Below are positions 17,251 to 29,078 of a DNA stretch of 64,000 nucleotides, piece after piece. The stretch is taken from assembly GCF_009914755.1 (NCBI RefSeq), contig NC_060925.1. The stretch is one strand, 5' to 3'. The notes under the pieces are model-generated. The model was not told the origin of the DNA, did no database searches, and saw only the letters and a program-made list of their open reading frames with translations. Made by a program: the position numbers and the translations under genes. Position 1 is the stretch's first letter. Each line of letters starts with the position of its first letter. Origin of the DNA: the human T2T-CHM13v2.0 reference genome, Homo sapiens.

Positions 17251-18481
17251 ACATACTTCTCTCAAATGTCAGAGAACATAAAAGCCAACAAGTCCAAATT
17301 TGTATATCTTGGAGTTATTCACTTTTTTCTTAGTTTCCATCTGAAAAATCCCAAGGAATAATTCTGATTTGCTTTGCAAACCACATGGTTGGAGTTTGGA
17401 AGTGGGGGCATTTCTAAGAGGAAAAAAATGGATTCTGGGGAGATAGTGCTGTAGTTGTGCATTACATACTTCTTGCAAGTTTATTTTAACATGCTATAAC
17501 TGGAAAGAAAACACAATAAAAACAAAAACTCAATTAAAGAAAATATGAAAGGGGTTTTAAGTTAAGCTTAACTTCCTCCTACCTGTGTAATTTTGGATCA
17601 ATTATATCACCTCTCTGTACTCCCCTTTCCTCAGCTAGAAGAAAGAAAGAAAAAATATCTACCTTAGAGATAGGTAAAGTTTAATTAGTTTGCCTATGAG
17701 CTTCTTAAATATACATACCATGTCTCTATTCTCAGTACTCCACACAAAGTAGAAGCTCAGTGATAGTTGAATGAATGACCTAATGTACAGTTCATTTAAT
17801 GCACCCTCCCTTGTGTCTAATGCAGTACTGGTACATAATCAGAGTTTAATATTTACTCTGTTTTACAATCCCAAAGGGCACACAGTAACATTAGCTTCAA
17901 CTGCTTTACAAGTACCTCCCACATCAGATTGTTTTAGGCCTTTCCTGCAGATAAATCTATCCTAATTATAACCAAAGTTCTGAAAGTGAATAGGTCACCC
18001 TTCTAGCCTACCCATATTAAAGTACCAAATGGTGCAAAGGGAGAGTACTAGGGAGAAAATAAGAGTTTGTTTTAAAATGCGTATCTTCTCCCCCTCCTCA
18101 AAAGAAAGAAAAAAATGGCATAAGACTTTAAGCACCTAGAAAGCTGCATTGACTTTGAAATGCCACATTTGACCTTAGTTCTTGACACATAAAAAGTTTA
18201 AGTCATTTATCTTTTCCAAAAGGAATTACCATGATTCAAAAATTACTCAGGAGACTGTGGGTATATGCAAAGAACTAGATGGAAGCCAAAGTTTAATGAA
18301 ATACTGGTGAAACCTTCTCAGAAAAGGCTGGCTTAATCAAGTTAGTTGACTCTCTTGTTAAAGTAAATTTGCTACAACAGCAGCAGCTGCCATTTATCTG
18401 AGCAACTTATATGTGGGACAGTCAGGATTAAAATTCAGATCTGTCTGATGTCAAAGCTCATGTTCTTTCCAAAATGCAATA

Positions 18482-19169
18482 TAGTAGTCTCCTCTTATCT
18501 TCAGGGAATATGTTCCAAAACCCCCAGTGGATGCCTGAAACCACAGACAGTAGAAAACCCTGTATATATTATGTTTTCCCAATACATACATATCTTTCAT
18601 AAAGTTTAAATTATAAATTAGGCACAGTTTGAGATTAACAGCAATAACTAATAATAAAATAGAATAATTATAATAAACTGTAATGAAAGTGATGTGAATG
18701 TGGTCTCTCTCTCTCCCTCAAAATACTTTATTGTACTGCTCTCACATTTCTTGTTATGATGTGAGATGATACATGCCTACCTAATGAGATTAGGTGAGGT
18801 AAGTGGCATAGGCATTATGACATAACATTAGGCTATTATTGACCTTCTGATAACATGTCAGAAGGAGGATCATCTGCTTTGGGTGATCCTGGATCATAGA
18901 GCCATAGCAATATTGATGGTTGAATGTTTGGAGCAGACAATGTCAATGATTAACAGACAGGTTGTGTATATAGTGTGAATATGCTGGAAAAATGGGCTGA
19001 TTGATGTTCTGGGCAGGACAGATGAGGGGCAGCTATTCAGAACAGCTTGAAATTTAAAACTTATGAATTGTTTACTTTTGAAATTTTCCACTTAATATTT
19101 CTAAACCCCACTTGACTGTGGGTAACTGAAACTGTGAAAAGCAAAACTGTTGATAAGGGGGGACTACTG
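18482..19169 (-). mobile_element. MER44-family (Tigger/Tc1-mariner) non-autonomous DNA transposon
   Basis: TIRs tagtagtctcctcttatc / gataaggggggactactg, TA flanks on both sides, internal ccccagtggatgcctgaaacc. Confidence 0.9.
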
Positions 19170-19472
19170 TATTGCTTTCTAATCAAAACAGTTCCGAAAT
19201 TCACCAAAGGACTTTATTGTGATTGCATCTGTGTTCCTTTTTACCACATATAGGTTTGGTCACTGTATTAATAGGACTATCAGATTTCAAGACCATATTT
19301 GTATGAGTGATAAGTGGGTAGAATATGGAAGCTTCCCCATGTAAGTACAGCTATTAAGACAGGCCTTCATCCCTCATGGGATCCAGGAGCTTTTCATCTC
19401 TATTTCCCGGCCAATTAGTTATGAATGAACTGTGGAAAGAAACAGCAGAGCCCTGGTGTCATGGAAGGTTAG

Positions 19473-20136
19473 AAGAGCAGATAACCTTTACTGAGCACTG
19501 TATTAGTCTGTTCTCATGCTGCTAATAAAGACATACCCAAGACTGGGTAATTGATAAAGGAAAGAGGTTTAAATGACTCACAATTGAGCATGACTGGGTA
19601 GGCCTCAGGAAACTCACAATCATGGTGGAAGGGGAAGCAAACATGTCCTTCTTCACATGGCAGCAGCAAGAAGAAGTGCCAAGCAAAAGAGAAAAAGCCC
19701 CTTATAACACCATCCGATCTCATGAGAACTCACTATTAGGAGAACAGCATGGAGGTAACTGTCCCCATGATTAAATTGCCTCCCACTGGGTCCTTCCCAT
19801 GACACATGGGGATTATGGAAACTACAATTCAGGATGAGATTTGGGTGGGGACACAGGCAAACAATATCAAGCACTTACTAAGTATCAGGCTTTATACTAA
19901 GCACTTTGTATATGTTAATGCTTACTACAATTCCTTGAAATAGTTATTATAATACTTAGAATATGGAGCCAGGGTTCTGTCAGAAACAAGAGCAGATAAT
20001 TTTTATTGAGCACTTACTAAGCAACAGGCTTTATACTAAAAACTAAAAACTTTATATACATTAATGTTCACTGCAATTCTTTGAAGTAGTTATTATTACA
20101 ATATTTATAATGTATAGCCAGGATTCTGCCAGAAAG
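19473..20136 (+). repeat. Local tandem duplication of a ~145-bp MIR-like unit (first copy carries the THE1 LTR)
   Basis: aagagcagataa...tgagcac[LTR]ttactaag...caggctttatactaa...agccagggttctgtcagaaa repeated at 19988-20136. Confidence 0.9.
19499..19869 (-). mobile_element. THE1 solo LTR (THE1C-like)
   Basis: tgtattagtctgttctcatgctgctaataaagacatacccaagactggg...gagatttgggtggggacacag...atatca; perfect TSD agcac (19494-19498; 19870-19874). Confidence 0.95.
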
Positions 20137-20950
20137 TGCCATTTCACTGACATCTGAAAGATGAGTGGGACAACAGACAAAAGGTATGTTTACAGGAGTA
20201 GTGAGAAAGCTTTTCAGGTAGAAGGAACAACATACACAATTCCCCAAGTCAAAAGGCAGCAGGACACATTCCAGGAAGTAAGAAGGCCAGGGTAACAGGA
20301 ACCCAAGAGAAGGAGAGAACCATGTGAGAGGAAACTGAAATGTGGGCTGGGGTCCCTTCTCATAAGAACTTGTAGTCAAACCAATGTGCTTCCCAAATCT
20401 TAGTCACTGGGACATGTCTTCATGAGTTTTGAATTGTTTTTGTATCATTTTGACAAAAAATAAATCCTATTTTTTAAAATTAAATAAATTGTTCTCTCTA
20501 GTAAGTAAATAGAGTTTATTTAGAAAGTGTTAGGCTGCCATATCTCTTTTTTAAAGATCCAAGGAAAGGGGTTTGTATACATGCTACCACTGGCATTTTA
20601 AAAGGTGTGGGAGTAACAACATCCCTCTGATGGCAGCAAAGATCAGAGGAAGGGACTGGAAAGGTAAAGATAAGACTTTCGAAAACAGGGTCACCAGTCT
20701 AGCCCTGCTCCCTTCCCTCTAGAGCTTACTCTGTTCTAACCTCAGTTCTTACAGGACAGTTTAGGGTATATTTTAATTAAGGGAGTTAATTTTCTCATAA
20801 CCCTTACCCAGTCTTAACAATTAAATTCACTGAAGCCCACATTAAACCCCCAGTGGTAAGAAACACAATAGGGTATATGAGCTATGACTTTTGACTCTGT
20901 GGGTCTGTTCTTGGCTTCATCATTAATATGGTGAATATCTTTGCCTTGAG

Positions 20951-21624
20951 TTTTTTTTTTTATTATACTTTAAGTTTTAGGGTACATGTGCACAATGTGC
21001 AGGTTAGTTACATATGTATACATGTGACATGCTGGTGCGCTGCACCCACTAACTCGTCATCTAGCATTAGGTATATCTCCCAATGCTATCCCTCCCCTCT
21101 CCCCGCACCCCACAACGTCCCCAGAGTGTGATGTTCCCCTTCCTATGTCCATGTGTTCTCATTGTTCAATTCCCACCTATGAGTGAGAATATGTGGTGTT
21201 TGGTTTTTTGTTCTTGCGATAGTTTACTGAGAATGATGATTTCCAATTTCATCCATGTCCCTACAAAGGACATGAACTCATCATTTTTTATGGCTGCATA
21301 GTATTCCATGGTGTATATGTGCCACATTTTCTTAATCCAGTCTAATACTGTTAGACATTTGGGTTGGTTCCAAGTCTTTGCTATTGTGAATAATGCCGCC
21401 ATAAACATACGTGTGCATGTGTCTTTATAGCAGCATGATTTATAGTCCTTTGGGTATATACCCAGTAATGAGATGGCTGGGTCAAATGGTATTTCTAGTT
21501 CTAGATCCCTGAGGAATCGCCACACTGACTTCCCCAATGGTTGAACTAGTTTACAGTCCCACCAACAGTGTAAAAGTGTTCCTATTTCTCCACATCCTCT
21601 CCAGCACCTGTTTCCTGACTTTTA
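20951..21624 (-). mobile_element. Young L1PA2-like 3' fragment
   Basis: 3'UTR reads (sense) gctagatgacgagttagtgggtgcagcgcaccagcatg (GAG, non-Ta); ORF2 C-terminus at 21166..21537. Confidence 0.95.
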
Positions 21625-21927
21625 GTACAATTTTAATATACTTTAATTGTCATTTTTTGTGGTATGAATTGTCTTATTAAAATATAATTTTTAAGCAGTT
21701 AAATTTATTTACTTAATTAGAGTTCTATTGTCTCCTCAATATCCACATTCTCAGAAGCCAATTACATCTGCAAATGGGAGGAATATGGAGATGGAGAGAA
21801 TATACGTTTTAGTACACTAACGTCTAATTATAGGATTGCATTGGTGCACATGGTACCTGGAATCATATAAAATTTTATCTAACAAAAAGAAATCCTGTGC
21901 TGATCTTTCAACACTAATATCTTACAA

Positions 21928-22146
21928 CTAGCTTGTCCAACCTGTGGCCCGTGGGCCGCATGTGGCTCACAGTGGCCCTGAATGTGGCCCAATACAAATT
22001 TGTAAACTTTCTTAAAACATTATGAGTTTTTTGCTATTTTTCTTATAGCTCATCAGCTCTTGTTAGTGTTAGCATATTGTATGTGTGGCCCAAGACAATT
22101 ATCCTTCCAACATGGCCCAGGGAATCCAAAAGATTAGACAGCCCTG
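21928..22146 (-). mobile_element. MER30 (hAT-Charlie MITE)
   Basis: agcttgtccaacctgtggcccgtgggccgcatg...ggcccagggaatccaaaagattagacagccctg; degenerate 8-bp TSD tcttacaa/tcttaaag. Confidence 0.9.
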
Positions 22147-25100
22147 TCTTAAAGCATGAATGTTAGCACAGACCATGTTCGTCTCTGCCTCATGTGTGGA
22201 TTTTTGATTTCAGAAGGAACAAAAAAAAAAACCAGGTTTGGAGAACCTGATGTGACTATTTTGATTAGTGATAAAGTATAAAAATTTCCAGAAATAACAA
22301 TAACAATAGTAAAAATCATGACAACAATGTACAATAATAGGGGTCTTAATGGTTTTTAAATGCTTTTCATATAAACTTTTTCCTTTTATCTTCACATTGA
22401 TTTAAAAAAAGGGGAGGTATTATTAGTACTTCATAAATAAAGAAATTAAGGATCAAAAATGTTCACATTTTGGGGAGTAAGTTGGAATGCCCACAAGGAA
22501 TCAGAGGCAAATCTGATCAGACTACTTTTCCTGAACTTTCCCATTAGAAAAACTATGAGATCTTGGGAAGCCATTGGAATTCTCTATCCTTAATTTATTC
22601 ATCTGTAAAATGGTCTACATTATAGGGTATGGACATAGAGGGATAGAAAAAGACACTGAATTTCACTGGAGGGAAGAATTAGTGTGGATAAAACAGGGCC
22701 TGTGCCTCCCACAGACACCTGTACACAGGATAAAGACTGCAGGCAAGGCCAAGACTCAGAAGATTGAATGGGCTATTCCAATGAGATCCTTAAGATATAT
22801 CACAAAGAAGGCAGTGTGGTGGAGCACAAAATTACAAGCATACACATCAAACTAAGTCAGTCCTAAGAGATTACTAGCTCTGCTACTTGGCAGCCATTTA
22901 AAATGGAGTCTTTTTTTTCAATTATTTATTTTAATTGGCAAAAATATTGTATACAATTATCATGCATAATATGATTTTTTGAAATATGTATACATTGTGG
23001 AATGGCTAAAGTGAGCTAATTAACATACAAAGCCTCACGTACTTATTTTTGTGGTGAGAACACTTAAAATCTACTCAGTGATTTTAAAGAATACAATACA
23101 TTGTTATTAACAATAGTCACCATGTTGCACAATAAATCTCTTGAATTTATTCCTCCTAACCGAAATTTTGTATCCTTTCACCAACATCTCACCCACCCCA
23201 CCCCACCCCACCCAAGCCCCTAGTAACCACTATACTAACCTTCACTTCTATGAGTTGAATTTTTTTTAGATTCCACATAGAAGTAATATTATGCAGTATT
23301 TGTCTTTCTGTGCCTGTATTATTTCACTTAGCATTATGTCCTCAAGGTCCATCCATCTTGTCACAAATGACAGGATTTCCTTTTTTAAGGCTGAATAGTA
23401 TTCCATTGTGTATGTATACCACATTTTCTTTATTCATTCATCGGCTGATAGATACTTATGTTGATTCTATATCTTGAATATTGTGAAAAATGCTGCAGTA
23501 AATATGGGAGTGCAGATATCTCCCCAACATGTTGATTTCATTTCCTTTGGATATATACCCAGTAGTTGGATTGCTGGATCATATAGTAATTCTAGTTTTA
23601 ATTTTTTGAGAAACATTCTTACTGTTTTCAATAATGGCCATACTATCATACATTCCCACCAACAGTATGCAAATGTTCCCTTTTCTCCATATCATGGTTG
23701 CCACCACCTGTCATCTTTTGTCTTTGTGGTAATAGTCACTCCAACAGGTGTAAGGTGATATTTCATTGTGGTTTTAATATGCATGTCCCCAATTTTTAGT
23801 GAGGTTGAACATTTTTTATATGCCTGTTGGCCATTTGTATGTCTTCTTTTGAGAAATGTCTAATAGTACCTTTGCCCATTTTTAAAAATAGGGTTATTTG
23901 TTTTCTTGCTATTGAGTTCCTTACATATTTTGAATATTAACCCCTTATCAGATGTAAAGGTTGAAGATATTTTCTCCCATTCCATAGGTTGTCTCTTCAC
24001 TTTATTGATTGTTTTCTTTGCAGTGCTGAAGCTTTTAATTTTGACGTAATTACATTTGTTTATTTTCAATTTTGATGCCTGTGTTTTGGGGTCATATCCA
24101 AAAAATCCTTGCCCAGACATGGAGCCAGTCATAAAACCAGTGTCATGAAGCTTTTCCCCTATATTTTCTTCTAGCAGCTTTAAAATTTCAAGTCGTATAT
24201 TTAAGTTTCTAATTCATTTTGAGTTTATTTTTGTACATGATGTGAGATAAAGTCTATTTTCATTCTTCTATATGTGGATATCCAGTTTTCCCAATACCAT
24301 TTATTGAAGAGACTGTCCTTTACTCACTGTGTGTTTTGGGCACGTTCGTTGAAAATAAATTGACCATAGATATGTGGGTTTATTTCTGGGTTCACTCTCT
24401 ATTTTCTTGGTCAATGTGTCTATTTCCATGCCAGTGCCATGCTGTTTTCATTACTATAACACATTTTAAAATCATGTAGTGTGATGCCCCCAGCTGTTCT
24501 TTTTGCTCAAGGTTGTTTTGGCTATTTCAAGTCTTCTGTAGTCCCACATGAATTTTAAAATTTGTTTTTTCAATTTCTGTGTAAAATGTCATTAGAATTT
24601 TTATATAAACTACATTGAATCTGCTTTTCATCTGGGGTAATATGGACATTTTTAACAATATTCCAATTTATGAACACGGTATGTCTTACCATCTATTTGT
24701 ATTTTCCTCAATTTCTTTTGTCAGTGTTTTGTAATTTTCAGTGTACAGGCCTTTCATTTCCTTGGTTAAATTTATTCTTAAGTATTTCATTTTCTTTTTT
24801 GTAGATGTTGTAAAAGAGATTGTTTCTTGATTTATTTTTTGGATAGTTCATTAGTAAGTGTGTAGAAACTACTGATAATTGCATATTGACGTTGTATCCT
24901 GCAACTCTACTGAATTTGTTTATCAGACCTCACAGTTTTTTGTTAGACTCTTTATCATGTTTGTAGACTGTGTTATCTACACACAAAAACAATTTAGCTT
25001 CTCCCTTTCCTATATGAATGTCCTTTATTTCTTTCTCTTGCCTAATTGCTTGGACTTCCAGTACTATGTTGAATAGAAGAGGCAAGAGTGAGATTATGCA

Positions 25101-26032
25101 GTATTTGTCTTTCTGTGCCTGGATTATTTCACTTAGCATAATGTCCTCCAGGTCCATCCAGGTTGTCACAAATTACAGAATTATCTTTTTAAAGGCTAAT
25201 ATAATATTCCGTTGTGTATATATACTACAGAGTTGGAGGACATTTTGCTAAGTGAAATAATCCAGGCACAGGGAAAAAAAATACTGCATAATCTGACTCC
25301 TATGTGTAATGTTGTTCCTGTTCTTAGAAAAAAAAAGCTTTCAATTATTCAGGGTTGAGCATGATGATAGAGGTGCATTGGTCATATATGGCCTTTACTG
25401 TATTGAAGTACATTCCTCTTATACCTAACTTGTTGATGGTGTTTATCATGAAAATACATTGAACTTTGTCAGATGCCTTTTCTTCAACTACTATCCTTCA
25501 TTCAGTTAATGTGGTATTGTTGTACATCACGTTTATACATTTAAATTATGTTGAACCATCCTTACATTCCAGGGATAAATCCTACTTGATCATGGGTAAT
25601 GATAACTTTCATGTGCTATTGAATTTAGGTTGCTAACATTTTGTTGAAAATTTTTACACCTATGTTCATCGAGGATATTGGCCTCTAATTTTCTTCTCTG
25701 ACAGTGTCCTTGTATGGCTTTGGTTTCAGGGTTGTCCTGGCCTTGTAAAATGAGTATGGAACTATTCCCTCTTCTTCAATTTTTTGGGAGTCCTTAAAAA
25801 ATTGATATTAATTCTTCTTTAAATGTGGTAGAATCAGCAATAAGACCATCAAGAGATGGGTTTTCTTTTATGGGACACTTTCTATTACTCCTTCAATCTC
25901 CTTTCTCAACATTTGTGTGTTCAGATTTTCTATTTCTTCATGATTCATTCTTGGTAGGTTTTATGTGTCTTAAGAATTTATCCATTTCTCCTAAGTTATC
26001 CAATTTGTTGGTATATAATTACAAATAAAATC

Positions 26033-28117
26033 CTTTTATTATTATTATTATTTCAATAGTTTTTGGGGAACAAGTGGTGTATGGTTACAAGAATAAGTTC
26101 CTTAATGGTGATTTCTAAAATGTTGGTGCACCCACCACCCAAGAAGTGTACGTGGCACCCAAAGTGAAGTCTTTTATCACTCACCCCCTTCCAGCCTCCC
26201 CCCAAGTCCCCAGAGTCCATTACATCATTCTTATGCTTTTGTTTCCTCATACCTTAGTTCCCACTTATAAGTGAGAACATATGATATCTGGTTTTCCATT
26301 ATTTAGTTACTTCACTTAGAATAATGGTCTCCAATTCCATACAAGTTGTTGTGAATGCCATCATTTTGTTCCTTTTCATGGCTGAATGGTATTCATATAT
26401 ATATATATATATATACACACATATGCACATATCACATTTTTTTATCCTTGTTTGTTGATGGGCATTTAGGCTGGTTACATATTTTGGCAATTGAGAATTG
26501 TGCTGCTGTAAACATGCATGTGCAAGTGTCTATCATATAGTGACTCCTCTGGGTAGGTAACCCAGTAGTGGGATTGCTGGATGAAATGGTAGATCTACTT
26601 TTCATTCTTTAAAGAATCCCCACACTGTTTTCCATACTGATTGTACTAGTTTACATTCCCAATGGCAATGTAAAAGTGTTCCCTTTTCACCACATCCACG
26701 TCAACATCTATTATTTTTTGATTTTTTAAATTATGGCTATGTTTGCAGGAGTAACTTGGTATTGCATTGTGGTTTTAATTAGCATTTTCCTGATTATTAG
26801 TGATGGTGAGCATTTTTTCATATGTTTGTTAGCCATTTGTATATCTTCTTTTGAGAATTGTCTATTCATGTCCTTAGCCCACTTTTTGATGGGATTATTT
26901 GTTTTCTTCTTGCTGATTTGTTTGAGTTCCTTGTAGATTCTGGATATTAGTCCTTTGTTGGATGCATAGTTTGCAAACATTTTCTGCCACTCTGTGGGTT
27001 GTCTTTACTCTGCTGATTATTTATTTTGCTGTGCAGAAGCTTTTTATTTTTAGTTTAATTAGGTCCCATCTATTTATCTTTTTTTTTTTTGCATTTGCTT
27101 TTGGGTTTTTGTTCATGAACTCTGCCTAAGCCAATGTCAAGAAGAATTTTTCTGATGTTATCTTCTAGAATTTTTATAGTTTCACATCTTAGATTTAAGT
27201 TTTTGACTCACCTTGAGTTGGTTTTTGTATAAGGTGAGAGACGAGGATCAACTTTTATTCTTCTACACGTGTCTTGACAATTATCCTAGAACCCTTTGTT
27301 GAATAGAATGTCCTTTCCCCACTTTATGTTTTTATTCACTTTGTCAAAGATCAGTTGACTATAAGTATTTGTTTTATTTCTGGGTTCTCTATTCTGTTCC
27401 ATTGGTCTATATGCCTGTTTTTATACCAGTACCATGCTGTTTTGGTAACTATTGCCTTGAGGTATAGTTTGAAGTAGAATAATGTGATGCCACCAGATTT
27501 GTTCTTTTTGCTTAGTCTTCCTTTGGAAAAGCGGGCTGTTTTTAATTCCATATGAATTTTAGGATTCAGTTATCTAGTTCTGTAAAAATGATGATGGTAT
27601 TTTGATGAAAGGTGCACTGAATTTGCACACTGCTTTTGCCAGTATGATCATTTTCACAATATTAATTCTATCCATCCACGAGCATGAAATGTATTTGTTT
27701 GTATAGTCTATAATTTCTTTCAGCAGTGTTTTGTAGTTTTCCTTGTAGAGATCTTTCACCTTCTTGATTAGGTATATTGCTAAGTGTATTTTTTGTTTTT
27801 GTTTTTGTTTTATGTCATGGTTCTAAAAGGGGTTGAGTTCTTCATTTGATTCTCAACTTGGTCACTGTTGGGGTATAGCAGTGTTACTGATTTTGCAGCA
27901 GCAAACTCTTTCAATGAGTTCTTTCAAATGATCTCTGAATCCTTTTGGTTTTCCTGGTATGTTCCTGAAAGAATTATGGTTTTACTCCAAAAGAATTTCC
28001 TTTGCTCTGGCTGGTGGTTATTGGAGTGAAGGCTCACAAGGTGAGTCTCCACACGCTGTTCTGTCCATCCAAGTTGGAGCTACACGTTAGTCCTGTCTCC
28101 TATCTGCCATCTTCCTC
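26033..28117 (-). mobile_element. L1PB-type LINE-1 with both termini but large internal deletion
   Basis: L1PB 3'UTR tttcaatagtttttggggaacaagtgg; ORF2 to ~27893; then (sense) aagatggcagataggagacaggactaacgtgtagctcc, an L1PB-like 5' terminus. Confidence 0.85.
26396..26422 (+). repeat. (TA)n(CA)n microsatellite
   Basis: atatatatatatatatatacacacat within L1PB. Confidence 0.9.
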
Positions 28118-28789
28118 CTGCCAATAACAGTCTTTTGTGATCCTCTGCATTTCTGTGGTATCAGTGGTAATGTCTTTTCTTTCATTTATAATTTTATTTG
28201 AGTCTTCTCCCTTTTTTTCTTAGTCTACCTGAAGATTTGTCCATTTTTATTTATCTTTTCAAAAAACCAACTCAGTTTCATTGATTTATTATTTTTTCTA
28301 GTCTGTGTTTCACTTATTTATATTTTTATCTTTATTATTTCCTTCCTTTTCTAGTTCCTTGAGGTGTAATATTAGGTGTTTATTTGAGATTTTTCTTATT
28401 TTTTAATGTAGAATTTTATTACTATAAACTTCTCTCAGAACTGCTTTTGCTACATTCCCATAAATTTTGATATGTTGAGTTTTCATTTTTATTTGTCTCA
28501 AGATATAGTTTAATGTCTCTTTTAATTTCTTTATTGAATCATTGCTTGTTAAGCAGCATATTGTTTATTTTCCATGTATTTGTCAATTTTCCAAAATTTC
28601 TCCTGTTATTGACATCCAGTTTCATACCATTGTGGTCAGAAAAGATACTTGACATAATTTCAATCTTCTTAAATTTGTTAAGACTTGTTTTGTAACCTCA
28701 CATATTATATATCCTGAAGAATATTTTGTGTCATTTTGAGAAGAATATGTGTTCTGCTGCTGTTGGGTGGGATGTTCTCTTTACATCTG

Positions 28790-29078
28790 TGTAATGGTTA
28801 ATATTAGCTGTCAACTTGATTGGATTGAAGGAAGCAAAGTTTCTAGTTGTGTCTGTGAGGGTGTTGGCCTTTGGCCACAGACTGGAGGCTGCACTGTTGG
28901 CTTTCCTACTTTTGAGGTTTTGGGACTTGGACTGGCTTCCTTTCTCCTCAGCTTGCAGAGAGTCTATTGTGGTAGTTCACATTGTGATTGTGTGAGTCAG
29001 TACTCCTTAATAAACTCCTCTTCATATATTCATCTATCCTATTAGTTCTGCCCTTCTAGAGAACCCTCACAAATACAG
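28790..29078 (+). mobile_element. ERV-L LTR (MLT2A-type, MLT2A2-like), internally deleted
   Basis: tgtaatggttaatatt..tgtcaacttgattggattgaagg start; ggccacagactggaggctgcactg; end ctattagttctgcccttctagagaaccctcacaaataca; short for MLT2A, with a jump at gtgttggcc|ttggccac. Confidence 0.9.

Noticed and set aside
17559-17574. 16-bp palindrome aagttaagcttaactt (similar short hairpins at ~38354, ~38402, 58805)
   Set aside because: Short, isolated and expected by chance in 64 kb of AT-rich DNA.
11700-21540. Two young L1s share ccattggggaag rather than ccattgtggaag
   Set aside because: A single base; their 3'UTR diagnostics differ, so recurrence is enough to explain it.
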